A stretch of 64,000 nucleotides of DNA from an uncultured delta proteobacterium (GTDB taxonomy: Bacteria > Desulfobacterota > Binatia > UBA9968), in the NCBI GenBank assembly GCA_963804165.1, contig CAWDPO010000003.1, forward strand, positions 96,001 through 160,000, read 5' to 3'. Made by a program: the position numbers and the translations under genes. The notes under the pieces were generated by a model. That model was not told where the DNA came from. It saw only the letters and a program-made list of their open reading frames with translations, and made no database searches. Positions 55,475-64,000 of the stretch are shown here, piece by piece (the stretch's first letter is position 1; every line of letters begins with the position of its first letter).

Positions 55475-58400
55475 TCAGCTTCGCTCCAGAGCCAGCGCTT
55501 TTACTTTTTTGAGGTCCGCTTTGCCTGATCCGAGCACAGGAATGGCATCGATGGGATGGAGATTCTCGCGTTTCGGGACCCAGAGCTTGGGCAACTCGGA
55601 CTGATTGAGCTTGCTCCATAACTCGTCGCGCGTGACACCGTTGTGCGCGTAGAAGGCGACAAGCTTCTCGCCGCGTTGCTCGTCTGGAATCGCGGTGACG
55701 ACGGAGGCCACGTGACCCAGTACTTCGTTGATCACTTCCTCGACTTTCATATGTGGCACCATCTCGCCGCCGATTTTACTGAAGCGCGAGACCCGATCGG
55801 TGATGCGAATGAACCCGTCTTCGTCGATCGCCCCAACATCGCCGGTAACATACCAGCCGCGACGCATCGCTTGTTCGGTTAGATTAGGTTGGTTGAGATA
55901 ACCGAGCATGACGTTGGGACCTTTGATCAGCAATAACCCTTCTTCGCCGGGACCGAGAGGTTGCTCGGTATCCGGATCAATGATCTTCGCCGCGACGCCG
56001 GGGATCGGGTGGCCGACAGTGCCGGGTTTGTGGCTGATCTGGTTTTCCTTGCCATCGACGACGTCCGGGGTATTAACCGCGACCACCGGCGCCAGCTCCG
56101 TGCAGCCGTAACCTTCGAGGATCGTCAAGCCAAATTTCTCTTGAAAGCCTTTGGCAATCTGTTCGCGCAATTTTTCAGCGCCGGCGATGATGTAGCGCAG
56201 GCTGGCAAATTCCTCCTTGCTGCAGCGGCGCCAGTAGCTGACATAGAAAGTCGGCGTGCTGATCAAAAGCGTGGCTTGGTATTTTTGGACAGTCTCGCCG
56301 ATGGTTTTGGCGTCGGTGGGATTGGGATGGTAAACCGCGCCGAACCTTTCGAGCACCGGCAGCCACAGCGTTGCAGTGAAACCGAAGGAATGAAACAGCG
56401 GCAGCACTCCCATGATACGATCGGTCGGTGTAAACCGGATGACTTGGGCGATCCCTTCGACGTTCGACAAGATGTTATGATGCGACAGCATGACGCCCTT
56501 GGGTGTGCCGGTACTGCCGCTGGAAAAAATCACCGTCGCGAGATCATTGGGCCGCTGTTGCTTGAGATAGCGGCGGTTCAACCAGCCTGCCGGTGTAGGA
56601 AAAGTTCTGACCGCCGTCGCGGCCTTGCGCAAGCCGGTGAAGGTTTCCCGAATATCTTCGACGAAAACCATTCCTTCCATCTCGCCTATGTTCGCCTTCG
56701 ATAAAAATGCCTGGGACGTGACGATGGTTTCTATCCCGCACTGCGCGACCGCCGCGCTCATCGTCTCCGCCCCTGAAGTGAAATTTAGGTTTACGGGCAC
56801 TTTCCCAGCTAATAAGATTGAAATATTCACCAGCGATCCGCCCACCGACGGCGGTAGAATAACGCCTACCATCGTCTGATTGACGCAATGGTTTCTGACC
56901 CAGCGTGCGAACAGCAAAGCGCCGATCAATGTTTTTCCGTAGGTCAACTCCACGCCTGTAGTGTCGGCCATACAGAAGGAAAACCAATTGCGCTTTGCTA
57001 TTCTAATGAATTTGGCGTGAAGGAGATCGGCAGTGCTTTCGCGGCAGTCGAACGCGTTGCTCTCGAGTTCGAGGACGGCATTGCGAACTTGATGGACGCT
57101 GGCAGTGGACGGCAGCGGTGACCCAAAAGAGACCGTGACGGGATAGGAGAACTTTTTCGGCCACTTCCAGAAAAAACGCCCATCCGCAAAGCTGAAGATA
57201 CTGCCCCAGAGTTGGTCGATGTGAACCGGTATGATCGGTATATTTGTGCCTTCGACGATCTTCTCGAAGCCGCGTTTGAATGGCAGCAAATGGCCCACGC
57301 GGCTAATCGCGCCTTCCGCGAAGATGCAGACCATGTGGCCGTTGTCCAATTCGTTGCGTGCGCGTTTGAGCGACTGGACGATATCGCGCCGGTTGGTCGC
57401 CGATACCGGTATGGAGCGCATCAGTCGGAAAAACCAATTGAGCCACTTGAGGTCGTAATAGTCGCGGTGCAGCATAAAGCGCACGAAGCGGGGCGTGCCG
57501 CCGCCGATCATGAGCGCGTCGACGAAAGAAACGTGATTCGAAACGAGTAATGCCGGACCGTGCGCTGGCAGGTTTTCGGCGCCAACGATTTTGATCCGAT
57601 AGATCGTGTGAGTGAAGAGCCACAGAATGAAGCGGACGAAATAATCGGGCAGGAAATAAAGAATCACTCCCGTGCCGGCCAAGGTGACAAGTCCGGTTAG
57701 AAGAATGATCGAATCGGGAGAAAATGCGAGCGGCGCTTTGAGAATCCAGTGAATGCCAGCGGCAAGAAAAATTCCGATGGTATTCATAAAATTGTTGGTT
57801 GCGATCAGTTGGCCCTTCTCCTCTTTACCGCTGCGCTGCTGCAGTAACGCGTTCAGCGGCACGGCGAACAGTCCGGCGGAGAATCCGAGCAGCGTCAGCG
57901 AAGCGCATGTGTAAGGATAGGACGGAGCGGAAAGTGCCACCAAACCGAGGCAAACACCCATTGCTACCGACCCCAGTGGCACCAAGCCCAGCTCGATATG
58001 ATCGCCCGAGAGCCGGCCCGCAGCGAGGCTCCCCGCGCCGATGCCGATCGCCAAAAACGTTCCAAGCAGGCCGATGTGGAACTCATCCAATTGCAAAAGC
58101 TCTTTGCCAAAAAATAGGAGATTGATCTGAACGAGGGCGCCGAGAAACCAAAAGTAGGAAATCCCGATCACCGTTAGCCAGAGCACTCTCTCGGCGCGCA
58201 AGCGGCCGAGGCCTTCGAAGACTTCGCGCAGCGGATTGAGCCGCAGAAGTTTTGCGGCGCCTGAGGCGGGAACCCGAGTGATGCCGAGACTCGTAAACAT
58301 GCCCAGGCCGGCAATGGCGATCATTAAAATGCCGATCAGAGGCAGCTTGTCTTTCCACACGGCAAAGATCGCGCCTCCTACGGAAGTGCCGAGAATGATC

Positions 58401-58867
58401 GCCATAAAAGTGCTCATCTCGAGCAGGCCATTGCCCCGCGACAGCTCTCTTTCGGGAAGCATCTCCGGCAAAATGCCGTATTTGGCCGGGCTGAAGAAAG
58501 CGGCGTGGAGTCCCATGAGAAAGACTATGGCGAGCATGGACTGAATATGACCGGTGAAGAATGCCGCGAGCGCCAACAGCATGATCCCGATTTCGCATAC
58601 CTTAACCGCGACTAAGATGGTTCTCTTACTGTAGACATCGGCCAGATAACCCGCATAGCCTGAAAACAGCGCTCCCGGCAGTATGAACAGAAAAGCGATC
58701 AGCTCGACGTAACTATCGGCGCCTTGCGTTGCCAAATCCAAGGCGATGAACGACACCACAATCTTCAAAAAGTTGTCGTTAAACGCGCCGAGAAATTGCG
58801 TGCAGAAAAAAGCAAAAAAGCCCGGCTGCCTGAGCGTGTCGGTGTATTTGCCGTCGGTCATTGCCAT
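55475..58867 (-). CDS. aas: Aas-type trifunctional protein: LplT-like MFS plus acyltransferase plus acyl-ACP synthetase
   Basis: TQFLGAFNDN and FFSPAKYGILPE (LplT), NHVSFVD and FAEG (PlsC-type), IFSSGSTGTPKG, EGYGCTE, WYVTGD, GSGKAD. Confidence 0.9.
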   Translation of the reverse strand: MAMTDGKYTDTLRQPGFFAFFCTQFLGAFNDNFLKIVVSFIALDLATQGADSYVELIAFLFILPGALFSGYAGYLADVYSKRTILVAVKVCEIGIMLLALAAFFTGHIQSMLAIVFLMGLHAAFFSPAKYGILPEMLPERELSRGNGLLEMSTFMAIILGTSVGGAIFAVWKDKLPLIGILMIAIAGLGMFTSLGITRVPASGAAKLLRLNPLREVFEGLGRLRAERVLWLTVIGISYFWFLGALVQINLLFFGKELLQLDEFHIGLLGTFLAIGIGAGSLAAGRLSGDHIELGLVPLGSVAMGVCLGLVALSAPSYPYTCASLTLLGFSAGLFAVPLNALLQQRSGKEEKGQLIATNNFMNTIGIFLAAGIHWILKAPLAFSPDSIILLTGLVTLAGTGVILYFLPDYFVRFILWLFTHTIYRIKIVGAENLPAHGPALLVSNHVSFVDALMIGGGTPRFVRFMLHRDYYDLKWLNWFFRLMRSIPVSATNRRDIVQSLKRARNELDNGHMVCIFAEGAISRVGHLLPFKRGFEKIVEGTNIPIIPVHIDQLWGSIFSFADGRFFWKWPKKFSYPVTVSFGSPLPSTASVHQVRNAVLELESNAFDCRESTADLLHAKFIRIAKRNWFSFCMADTTGVELTYGKTLIGALLFARWVRNHCVNQTMVGVILPPSVGGSLVNISILLAGKVPVNLNFTSGAETMSAAVAQCGIETIVTSQAFLSKANIGEMEGMVFVEDIRETFTGLRKAATAVRTFPTPAGWLNRRYLKQQRPNDLATVIFSSGSTGTPKGVMLSHHNILSNVEGIAQVIRFTPTDRIMGVLPLFHSFGFTATLWLPVLERFGAVYHPNPTDAKTIGETVQKYQATLLISTPTFYVSYWRRCSKEEFASLRYIIAGAEKLREQIAKGFQEKFGLTILEGYGCTELAPVVAVNTPDVVDGKENQISHKPGTVGHPIPGVAAKIIDPDTEQPLGPGEEGLLLIKGPNVMLGYLNQPNLTEQAMRRGWYVTGDVGAIDEDGFIRITDRVSRFSKIGGEMVPHMKVEEVINEVLGHVASVVTAIPDEQRGEKLVAFYAHNGVTRDELWSKLNQSELPKLWVPKRENLHPIDAIPVLGSGKADLKKVKALALERS

Positions 58868-59058
58868 CTCAGATTACTAGCGTCTATTTTTTTCGGCAAG
58901 TTCAAAACCCAAAACAAAATTGCGGTCCGTCACCGTGAAGCGGCCGCGATCGCGAAGACAGAAAACTCAAGGAAGATTTCAAATGAATACCCTAAACGCA
59001 ACAATCACGGAACCGCATAAACTATTGCACACATTCAAGCAACCGACCATAATCGGGC

Positions 59059-59832
59059 ATGGAAATCAGCCGGTTTAGTGTTCCCCAGTGGGAGAATCAT
59101 GTCGGCTTGCTGCACGGCTTCATGGGCCGGCGCGGTGGCAAGAGCATCGGGCCGTATGCCGCGCTGAATGTCTCTTACCGCGTCGGCGACGATCCGAAAG
59201 TTGTCAGTCAGAACATCTGCGATATGAAGCTCGCCGTCGGCATTCACGACGGGCGAATCGTCACCTTGCGGCAAGTGCACGGTGATCACGTCGTCGAAGT
59301 CCAAGACAAAACTCTCAAAGAGGCGGGCGAAGCGGATGGAATGATCACGAGGGAACCGGATGTTTATCTCGGGGTGTTAACCGCCGACTGCGTGCCGATT
59401 CTCTTCGTCGCGCCCAAGCAGAAGTTGGTTGCTGCCGTCCACGCCGGCTGGCGCGGCACGTTGGCCGGGATCGCGGAAAAGACTGCACGCTTATTCAGGA
59501 GCCGATACGATGTTCAACCAAGTGATTTGGAGGTCGCGCTGGGTCCTTCCATCGGGCCGTGTTGTTATGAAGTGAAGGACGATGTCGTCGTTCCGCTAAT
59601 GAAAAAATGGGGGAAGTTGACGACTCCCAGCGTCTTGGTCAAGCAAGGCAAGTCGTTTGTCAATTTGCGCCGGCTCAACCGAGATATTCTCCGCGCCGCC
59701 GGAGTGCCCGGAAAGCAACTCTTTCAAGTCGGACCCTGCACCAGTTGCGTCACGGAAGAGTTTTTCTCCTACCGGCGCGAGCGCAGTGAAACCGGCCGGC
59801 AAATGAGCGTGATTGGCTGGTCGCCCGCCTAG
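59059..59832 (+). CDS. pgeF: Peptidoglycan editing factor PgeF (YfiH/LACC1 family)
   Basis: QVHG, ADG, LTADCVPIL, HAGWRG, GPSIGPCCYEV, CTSC, FFSYRR. Confidence 0.92.
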   Translation: MEISRFSVPQWENHVGLLHGFMGRRGGKSIGPYAALNVSYRVGDDPKVVSQNICDMKLAVGIHDGRIVTLRQVHGDHVVEVQDKTLKEAGEADGMITREPDVYLGVLTADCVPILFVAPKQKLVAAVHAGWRGTLAGIAEKTARLFRSRYDVQPSDLEVALGPSIGPCCYEVKDDVVVPLMKKWGKLTTPSVLVKQGKSFVNLRRLNRDILRAAGVPGKQLFQVGPCTSCVTEEFFSYRRERSETGRQMSVIGWSPA

Positions 59833-59930
59833 TGCCCCAGCCATCGGCAAATTTCTGTTGACGTCTTGCGGCTAAGTAGCTAGTTTTACCAGGCTCTCGT
59901 GGCGATTTTCTTATTCTGGCGGAGGAATCT

Positions 59931-60893
59931 ATGGGGATTACGCGACGACAATTTCTAGCCACGCTAACGGTAGGTGTGACGAGTTTGGGGGTGACGCGCG
60001 ATTTCAGTTGGGCGCAGGCGAAGGGCAAGCTCGGCTACATGAAGATCGTCGATAACGCGGCGATGTTCGTGGCGATGGAAAAAGGTTTCTTCAAAGCCGA
60101 AGGGCTCGAGTTGGAGACCGTGCCGATGGCGGGCGGAGCGGTGATCGTGCAAGGGGTGACCTCGGGCGACCTGCAGTTCGGCTGGACCAACGTCATTTCT
60201 TTGTATCAGGCTTACGTCGAAGGGTTCGACTTCAAACTGATCGCCGGCGGCGCGACCAACGTCAGAGGCAGCAACGAAACGCACGCGATCGTCGTCGGGA
60301 AAGATTCCTCTATCAAGAGCGCCAAAGATCTCGAAGGGAAAACCGTTGCGGTTAACACGTTGAACAACATCGTCCATTTGATGGCGATGGCGTGGGTCGA
60401 CAAGAACGGCGGCATCTCAAGTAAAATAAAGTTCGTGGAGATTCCATTTCCGCAAATGGAGCCCGCGCTCGTGGCGGGTAAAGTAGACGCCATCAGCGTG
60501 CAGGAGCCCTTTGCCGCGGTGGCCGCGCGAAAGCCAGAGACTCGGGTGTTATCGAATCCCTGGGGCGATGTCGCGCCGAAATTCTTGATCGCCAGCTGGT
60601 TCGCCTCGGAAAAGTGGATTCAAAAAAATAAGAGTACAGCCCAGGCATTCGTGCGCGCGATCAATCGCGGCATCGACGCGATTCATGCGGATAAGGATGG
60701 CGCCCGTGCCGCGATGATCAAGTGGGCGGGGCTCAATCCAGAAATGGTCGGCAAGATCGGTTTGCCGCTTTTTGAAAAGGCCGTCAATGAGAAAGACGTT
60801 CAAGCGACCATCGATTTGACGGTAAAATACAAATTTATAACCCGAGCCCTCAAAGCGAGAGAAGTGATCAGCGACATCACGCCGAAGGCATGA
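59931..60893 (+). CDS. ABC transporter substrate-binding protein (SsuA/TauA/NMT1-like), Tat signal
   Basis: TRRQFL Tat motif; GFFKAEGLELE; DLEGKTVAVN; GKVDA. Confidence 0.9.
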   Translation: MGITRRQFLATLTVGVTSLGVTRDFSWAQAKGKLGYMKIVDNAAMFVAMEKGFFKAEGLELETVPMAGGAVIVQGVTSGDLQFGWTNVISLYQAYVEGFDFKLIAGGATNVRGSNETHAIVVGKDSSIKSAKDLEGKTVAVNTLNNIVHLMAMAWVDKNGGISSKIKFVEIPFPQMEPALVAGKVDAISVQEPFAAVAARKPETRVLSNPWGDVAPKFLIASWFASEKWIQKNKSTAQAFVRAINRGIDAIHADKDGARAAMIKWAGLNPEMVGKIGLPLFEKAVNEKDVQATIDLTVKYKFITRALKAREVISDITPKA

Positions 60894-60902
60894 CAAGGAT
60901 GC

Positions 60903-60984
60903 TGGAGTGATGGAGTATTGGAGTGTTGGAATAATGGGCTTTTGATCCCACCAATATTCCAGTACTCCATCATTCGAATACTCC
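60903..60984. repeat. Inverted array of 8-nt units (TGGAGTAT / ATACTCCA)
   Basis: tggagtga tggagtat tggagtgt tggaataa tggg ... ccca ccaatatt ccagtact ccatcatt cgaatact cca, between the SBP and ATPase genes. Confidence 0.85.
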
Positions 60985-61001
60985 AATTCCTCTACTCTCT
61001 C

Positions 61002-61766
61002 GTGTCCATCCTCGAAGTCCAAGGTCTGTCGAAGAGTTACCGTCAAGCGGGTGGGGAAACCACCGCCGCCATCGGCAATATCACGTGCCAAGTCGAAGCC
61101 GGCGAGTTTGTTTCCTTCGTCGGGCCATCCGGCTGCGGTAAGACCACGCTGCTCATGTCGATCGCCGGGCTGTTGCCGCCCAGCTCGGGTCGCGTCGTGG
61201 TGAGCGGCAAGGAAGTCGCCGGTCCGCCCAAGGATTTGGTCCTGCTCTTTCAAGAATATAACAAATCCCTTTTCGCCTGGCGGACGGTTCTCGGCAACGT
61301 TCGCTTCGGCCTCGACGCGCGTCGCAACGCTTCTCAGGACGCTGACGGTAAGGCGAGATCGCTGATCGAGCTCGTTGGACTGCAGGGATTCGAGGATCAT
61401 TACCCTTGGGAGCTTTCCGGCGGCATGCAGCAGCGCGTGGCGATCGCCCGCGCGCTCGCTTACGAGCCAAAAGTGTTGTTGATGGATGAGCCGTTCGGTT
61501 CGCTCGACGCGCTGACCCGTTTGGAGCTCGAGGACGCGCTGCTGACGCTCTGGGCGGAGCTTAAGACAACGATCCTTTTCATCACCCACGACATCGAAGA
61601 GGCGATTTATCTCTCCGACCGCATCTGGGTATTGAGCCCGCGGCCGTCGCAAATTATCGATGAAATTGAAATTGCTTTTCCCCGCCCGCGCAATCAGGTG
61701 ACAACCCGCGCCGAGGGACGATTCATGGAAATCCGCAACGATATCTACCGCCAGATCCGCAAATGA
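61002..61766 (+). CDS. ABC transporter ATP-binding protein (SsuB/TauB-like)
   Basis: GPSGCGKT, LSGGMQQR, LLMDEPF, ITHD. Start set at GTG 61002. Confidence 0.92.
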   Translation: MSILEVQGLSKSYRQAGGETTAAIGNITCQVEAGEFVSFVGPSGCGKTTLLMSIAGLLPPSSGRVVVSGKEVAGPPKDLVLLFQEYNKSLFAWRTVLGNVRFGLDARRNASQDADGKARSLIELVGLQGFEDHYPWELSGGMQQRVAIARALAYEPKVLLMDEPFGSLDALTRLELEDALLTLWAELKTTILFITHDIEEAIYLSDRIWVLSPRPSQIIDEIEIAFPRPRNQVTTRAEGRFMEIRNDIYRQIRK

Positions 61767-61774
61767 ACTGAAGC

Positions 61775-62554
61775 GTGAAAGAACGGAAACAATTTAATTG
61801 GTCGGGTTGGTTGAGCTTTGGCTTTCTGTTGTGCCTGTGGGAGATCGGCGCGCGCGCGGCTCCCAAGCTCCAGCTCTATATGCCGCCCATCAGCCAGGTT
61901 CTTGCAGCCCTCGGCCAAAGTGCGATTTCAGGTGCGCTGACTGGGCACTTGATCATTACCGTTAGCCGGTTCTTACAAGGATATTTGTTATCGGCGGCGC
62001 TGGGGGTTTCACTTGGGATCTTGCTCGGTTATTTCCGGTTTTTTCACAGCCTCTTGGCAACGCTGATCGAATTTCTCCGGCCGATGCCGTCGGTGGCGAT
62101 CATCCCGGTGGCTATTTTGATGCTCGGCATCGGCGACTCGATGATCGTGGCCGTCACGGTCTACGCCAGCGTGTGGCCGATTTTGATCAATTGCATCGAC
62201 GGCGTCCGACACATCGAAAACATTCTCATCGACACCGGCCGAACCTTTGGCCTCAGCCGCCGGCAGATCTTATGGCAGATCATTTTGCCGGGCGCGTCGC
62301 CCTATATCGTGACCGGATTGCGCGTCGGCTTGTCGATCGCGCTTATCTTGGTCACCACCGCCGAGATGATTGCCGGCAGCAAAGGCTTGGGGTTTTTTAT
62401 CCTCGATGAAGAGCGCTCGATGAACAGCGCCCCGATGTACGCCGGCATCCTGCTCGTGGCCGTGCTCGGCTATTTGCTCAACCGGGTTTTTCTCTTGGTG
62501 GAAGCGAAAACGATGAAATGGCGCCACGGCATGATGGCCCGGGAGTCGGCGTAA
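61775..62554 (+). CDS. ABC transporter permease (SsuC/TauC-like)
   Basis: LRPMPSVA, EAA-like LIDTGRTFG, AEMIAGSKGLG. Confidence 0.9.
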   Translation: MKERKQFNWSGWLSFGFLLCLWEIGARAAPKLQLYMPPISQVLAALGQSAISGALTGHLIITVSRFLQGYLLSAALGVSLGILLGYFRFFHSLLATLIEFLRPMPSVAIIPVAILMLGIGDSMIVAVTVYASVWPILINCIDGVRHIENILIDTGRTFGLSRRQILWQIILPGASPYIVTGLRVGLSIALILVTTAEMIAGSKGLGFFILDEERSMNSAPMYAGILLVAVLGYLLNRVFLLVEAKTMKWRHGMMARESA

Positions 62555-62555
62555 G

Positions 62556-63323
62556 ATGAGACCGAAGAAGGTGGCGGGTATATTGTGCTTTTGCGGACTG
62601 CTCGTCCTTTGGGAAATCTTCGCGCGGGCGGAGTTGATCAATGTGCTGATCGTGCCGGCGCCCAGCCGGATTCTCGGCATCTTCTGGCAGTTGGTCGCGT
62701 CGGGCCAGATCCCGATGCAGATTCTATTGAGCATGAAGCGCGCGTTGGCCGGTTATTTTCTCGCCGCGGCGATTTTTATTCCGCTGGGTATCGTTATGGG
62801 ATTGAACCGATCGGTCTATCGCTTGTTGGAAGTCATCATTGAAATGTTGCGGCCGGTGCCGCCGCCGGTGATCATTCCCGCCGCAATGCTCATCTTCGGG
62901 CTCGAAGACGAGATGAAAATCTTCGTGATCTTGTTTTCCTGTGCCTGGCCGATTTTGCTCAACACCATCGACGGCGTGCGCAATCTAGATTGGGTTTTGT
63001 TGAATACCGCACGAACCTTCGGTCTGTCCCGCGCCAAAACAATTTGGCAAATCGTCCTTCCAGCGGCGTCGCCGCAGATCATCACCGGCATGCGGGTGAG
63101 CTTGCCAATCATGCTGATCCTGGTGGTGATCTCGGAAATGGTCGGCAGCACCGACGGTATCGGTTACTTTATTCTCGACTCGCAGAGGAGATTCAAAGTC
63201 GCGCAGATGTATGCCGGGATGTTGTCTTTGGCGATGCTTGGCTACGCACTCAATCAATTATTCGATTTACTGCACCGCAAGTTGCTCTCGTGGCATTGGG
63301 GAATGATGAGAAGAGGGGAGTGA
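62556..63323 (+). CDS. ABC transporter permease (SsuC/TauC-like)
   Basis: LRPVPPP, LLNTARTFG, SEMVGSTDGIG. Confidence 0.9.
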   Translation: MRPKKVAGILCFCGLLVLWEIFARAELINVLIVPAPSRILGIFWQLVASGQIPMQILLSMKRALAGYFLAAAIFIPLGIVMGLNRSVYRLLEVIIEMLRPVPPPVIIPAAMLIFGLEDEMKIFVILFSCAWPILLNTIDGVRNLDWVLLNTARTFGLSRAKTIWQIVLPAASPQIITGMRVSLPIMLILVVISEMVGSTDGIGYFILDSQRRFKVAQMYAGMLSLAMLGYALNQLFDLLHRKLLSWHWGMMRRGE

Positions 63324-63396
63324 TGGAGTGCTGGAGCAATGGAGCGATGGTTCGCTGAATCACAATACTCCAATACTCCATCACTCCAATGCTCCA
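63317..63396. repeat. Inverted array of 8-nt units overlapping the permease stop
   Basis: ggagtga tggagtgc tggagcaa tggagcga tgg ... caatact ccaatact ccatcact ccaatgct cca. Confidence 0.85.
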
Positions 63397-63404
63397 ACGT
63401 TTCG

Positions 63405-64000
63405 TTAGACGATATGGATGCCGCCGCCGGGAGGCGGGGTCGGCTGATTCTTGCCGGGGAGCCATTCCACTTCTTTGCGCGGCGTGTTGCCTTTGACGTT
63501 GAATTTCGCGCGGCCCAAATTGTCAAACTCTATTTCGATCGTGTCGCCGGGATTCACCGGCATCAACCCTTCGTGAAAAGTTCCCGTCGCGACGACGTCG
63601 CCTGGACTGAGGCGTAGAAACTTCGTCAACCACGCGATCTGATTGGGAATCTTATGCGCCATGGCGCCGGTGTTGTAATTTTGCCGTGGCTGGCCATTGT
63701 TCCACGATTTTACAACTACGTTGTGCGGATCGGGGATTTCATCTTTGGTGATGATCCATGGCCCGCAGCAGCCGTGCGAGCCTTGGCCTTTGCCGATAAA
63801 CTGCGTGCGCCGGAGAAGGCCGCGCGTAGAGATATCGAAGACCGGCACATAGCCGAAAACGTAGTCGAGCGCTTTGTTCTCCGCAACGTTCTCCGCGGTC
63901 TTGCCCATGACAAAGGCAAACTCGGCTTCCGGCTGATAGACGACGCAGGCCGGAATGTCACGCAGCTCGACGGATTCGCCCGGACCGACCAGGTCCGGCG
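63405..64000 (-). CDS. Fumarylacetoacetate hydrolase family protein (partial, 5' end off the right edge)
   Basis: EAEFAFVMGK, YVFGY..DIS.R, GK, GPWIITKDEIPDP, LSPGDVVATGT. Confidence 0.88.
   Translation of the reverse strand, partial: PDLVGPGESVELRDIPACVVYQPEAEFAFVMGKTAENVAENKALDYVFGYVPVFDISTRGLLRRTQFIGKGQGSHGCCGPWIITKDEIPDPHNVVVKSWNNGQPRQNYNTGAMAHKIPNQIAWLTKFLRLSPGDVVATGTFHEGLMPVNPGDTIEIEFDNLGRAKFNVKGNTPRKEVEWLPGKNQPTPPPGGGIHIV

Noticed and set aside
55428-55619. Longer start of the HDO-epimerase fusion overlapping aas
   Set aside because: It overlaps the aas 3' end by about 145 bp with non-protein-like composition; a good RBS precedes ATG 55427.
60918-61001. N-terminal extension of the ABC ATPase
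   Set aside because: Translation of the 8-nt inverted repeat; the ATPase domain starts at VSILEVQGLSKSY.

Overview
A 64-kb, gene-dense, moderately GC-rich bacterial chromosomal window. It has no rRNA, tRNA, CRISPR array, integrase or transposase that I could find. The gene content (several NMT1/THI5-type solute-binding proteins, amidohydrolases, a UbiD, a Mo-hydroxylase, a deltaproteobacterial-style IclR) resembles Candidatus Binatia or related deltaproteobacteria; this is an inference. The stretch from about 3.7 to 15.5 kb contains many frameshifted but otherwise intact-looking genes, most likely low-quality consensus sequence; the remainder is clean. Highlights: (1) a six-gene minus-strand operon (49.9-58.9 kb) encoding an Aas-type LplT/acyltransferase/acyl-ACP synthetase, an unusual fusion of a heme-oxygenase-like diiron oxidase with an enolase-superfamily epimerase, a GH3 acyl-acid amido synthetase, a membrane protein, bioB and a DUF3617 protein, which is a candidate uncharacterised acyl-amino-acid/lipid-tailoring pathway; (2) an 11-kb oxidative cluster (35.3-46.2 kb) with three RoxA/CcP-like di-heme cytochromes c, a GMC oxidoreductase and a convergent alpha-dioxygenase-like heme enzyme; (3) an unannotated Trp leader peptide (WWRW) with its attenuator upstream of trpEG; (4) two archaeal-type genes, a free-standing ThrRS editing domain and a type II GAPDH-like protein; (5) several families of intergenic elements built from degenerate 7/8/9-nt tandem units arranged as inverted arms.
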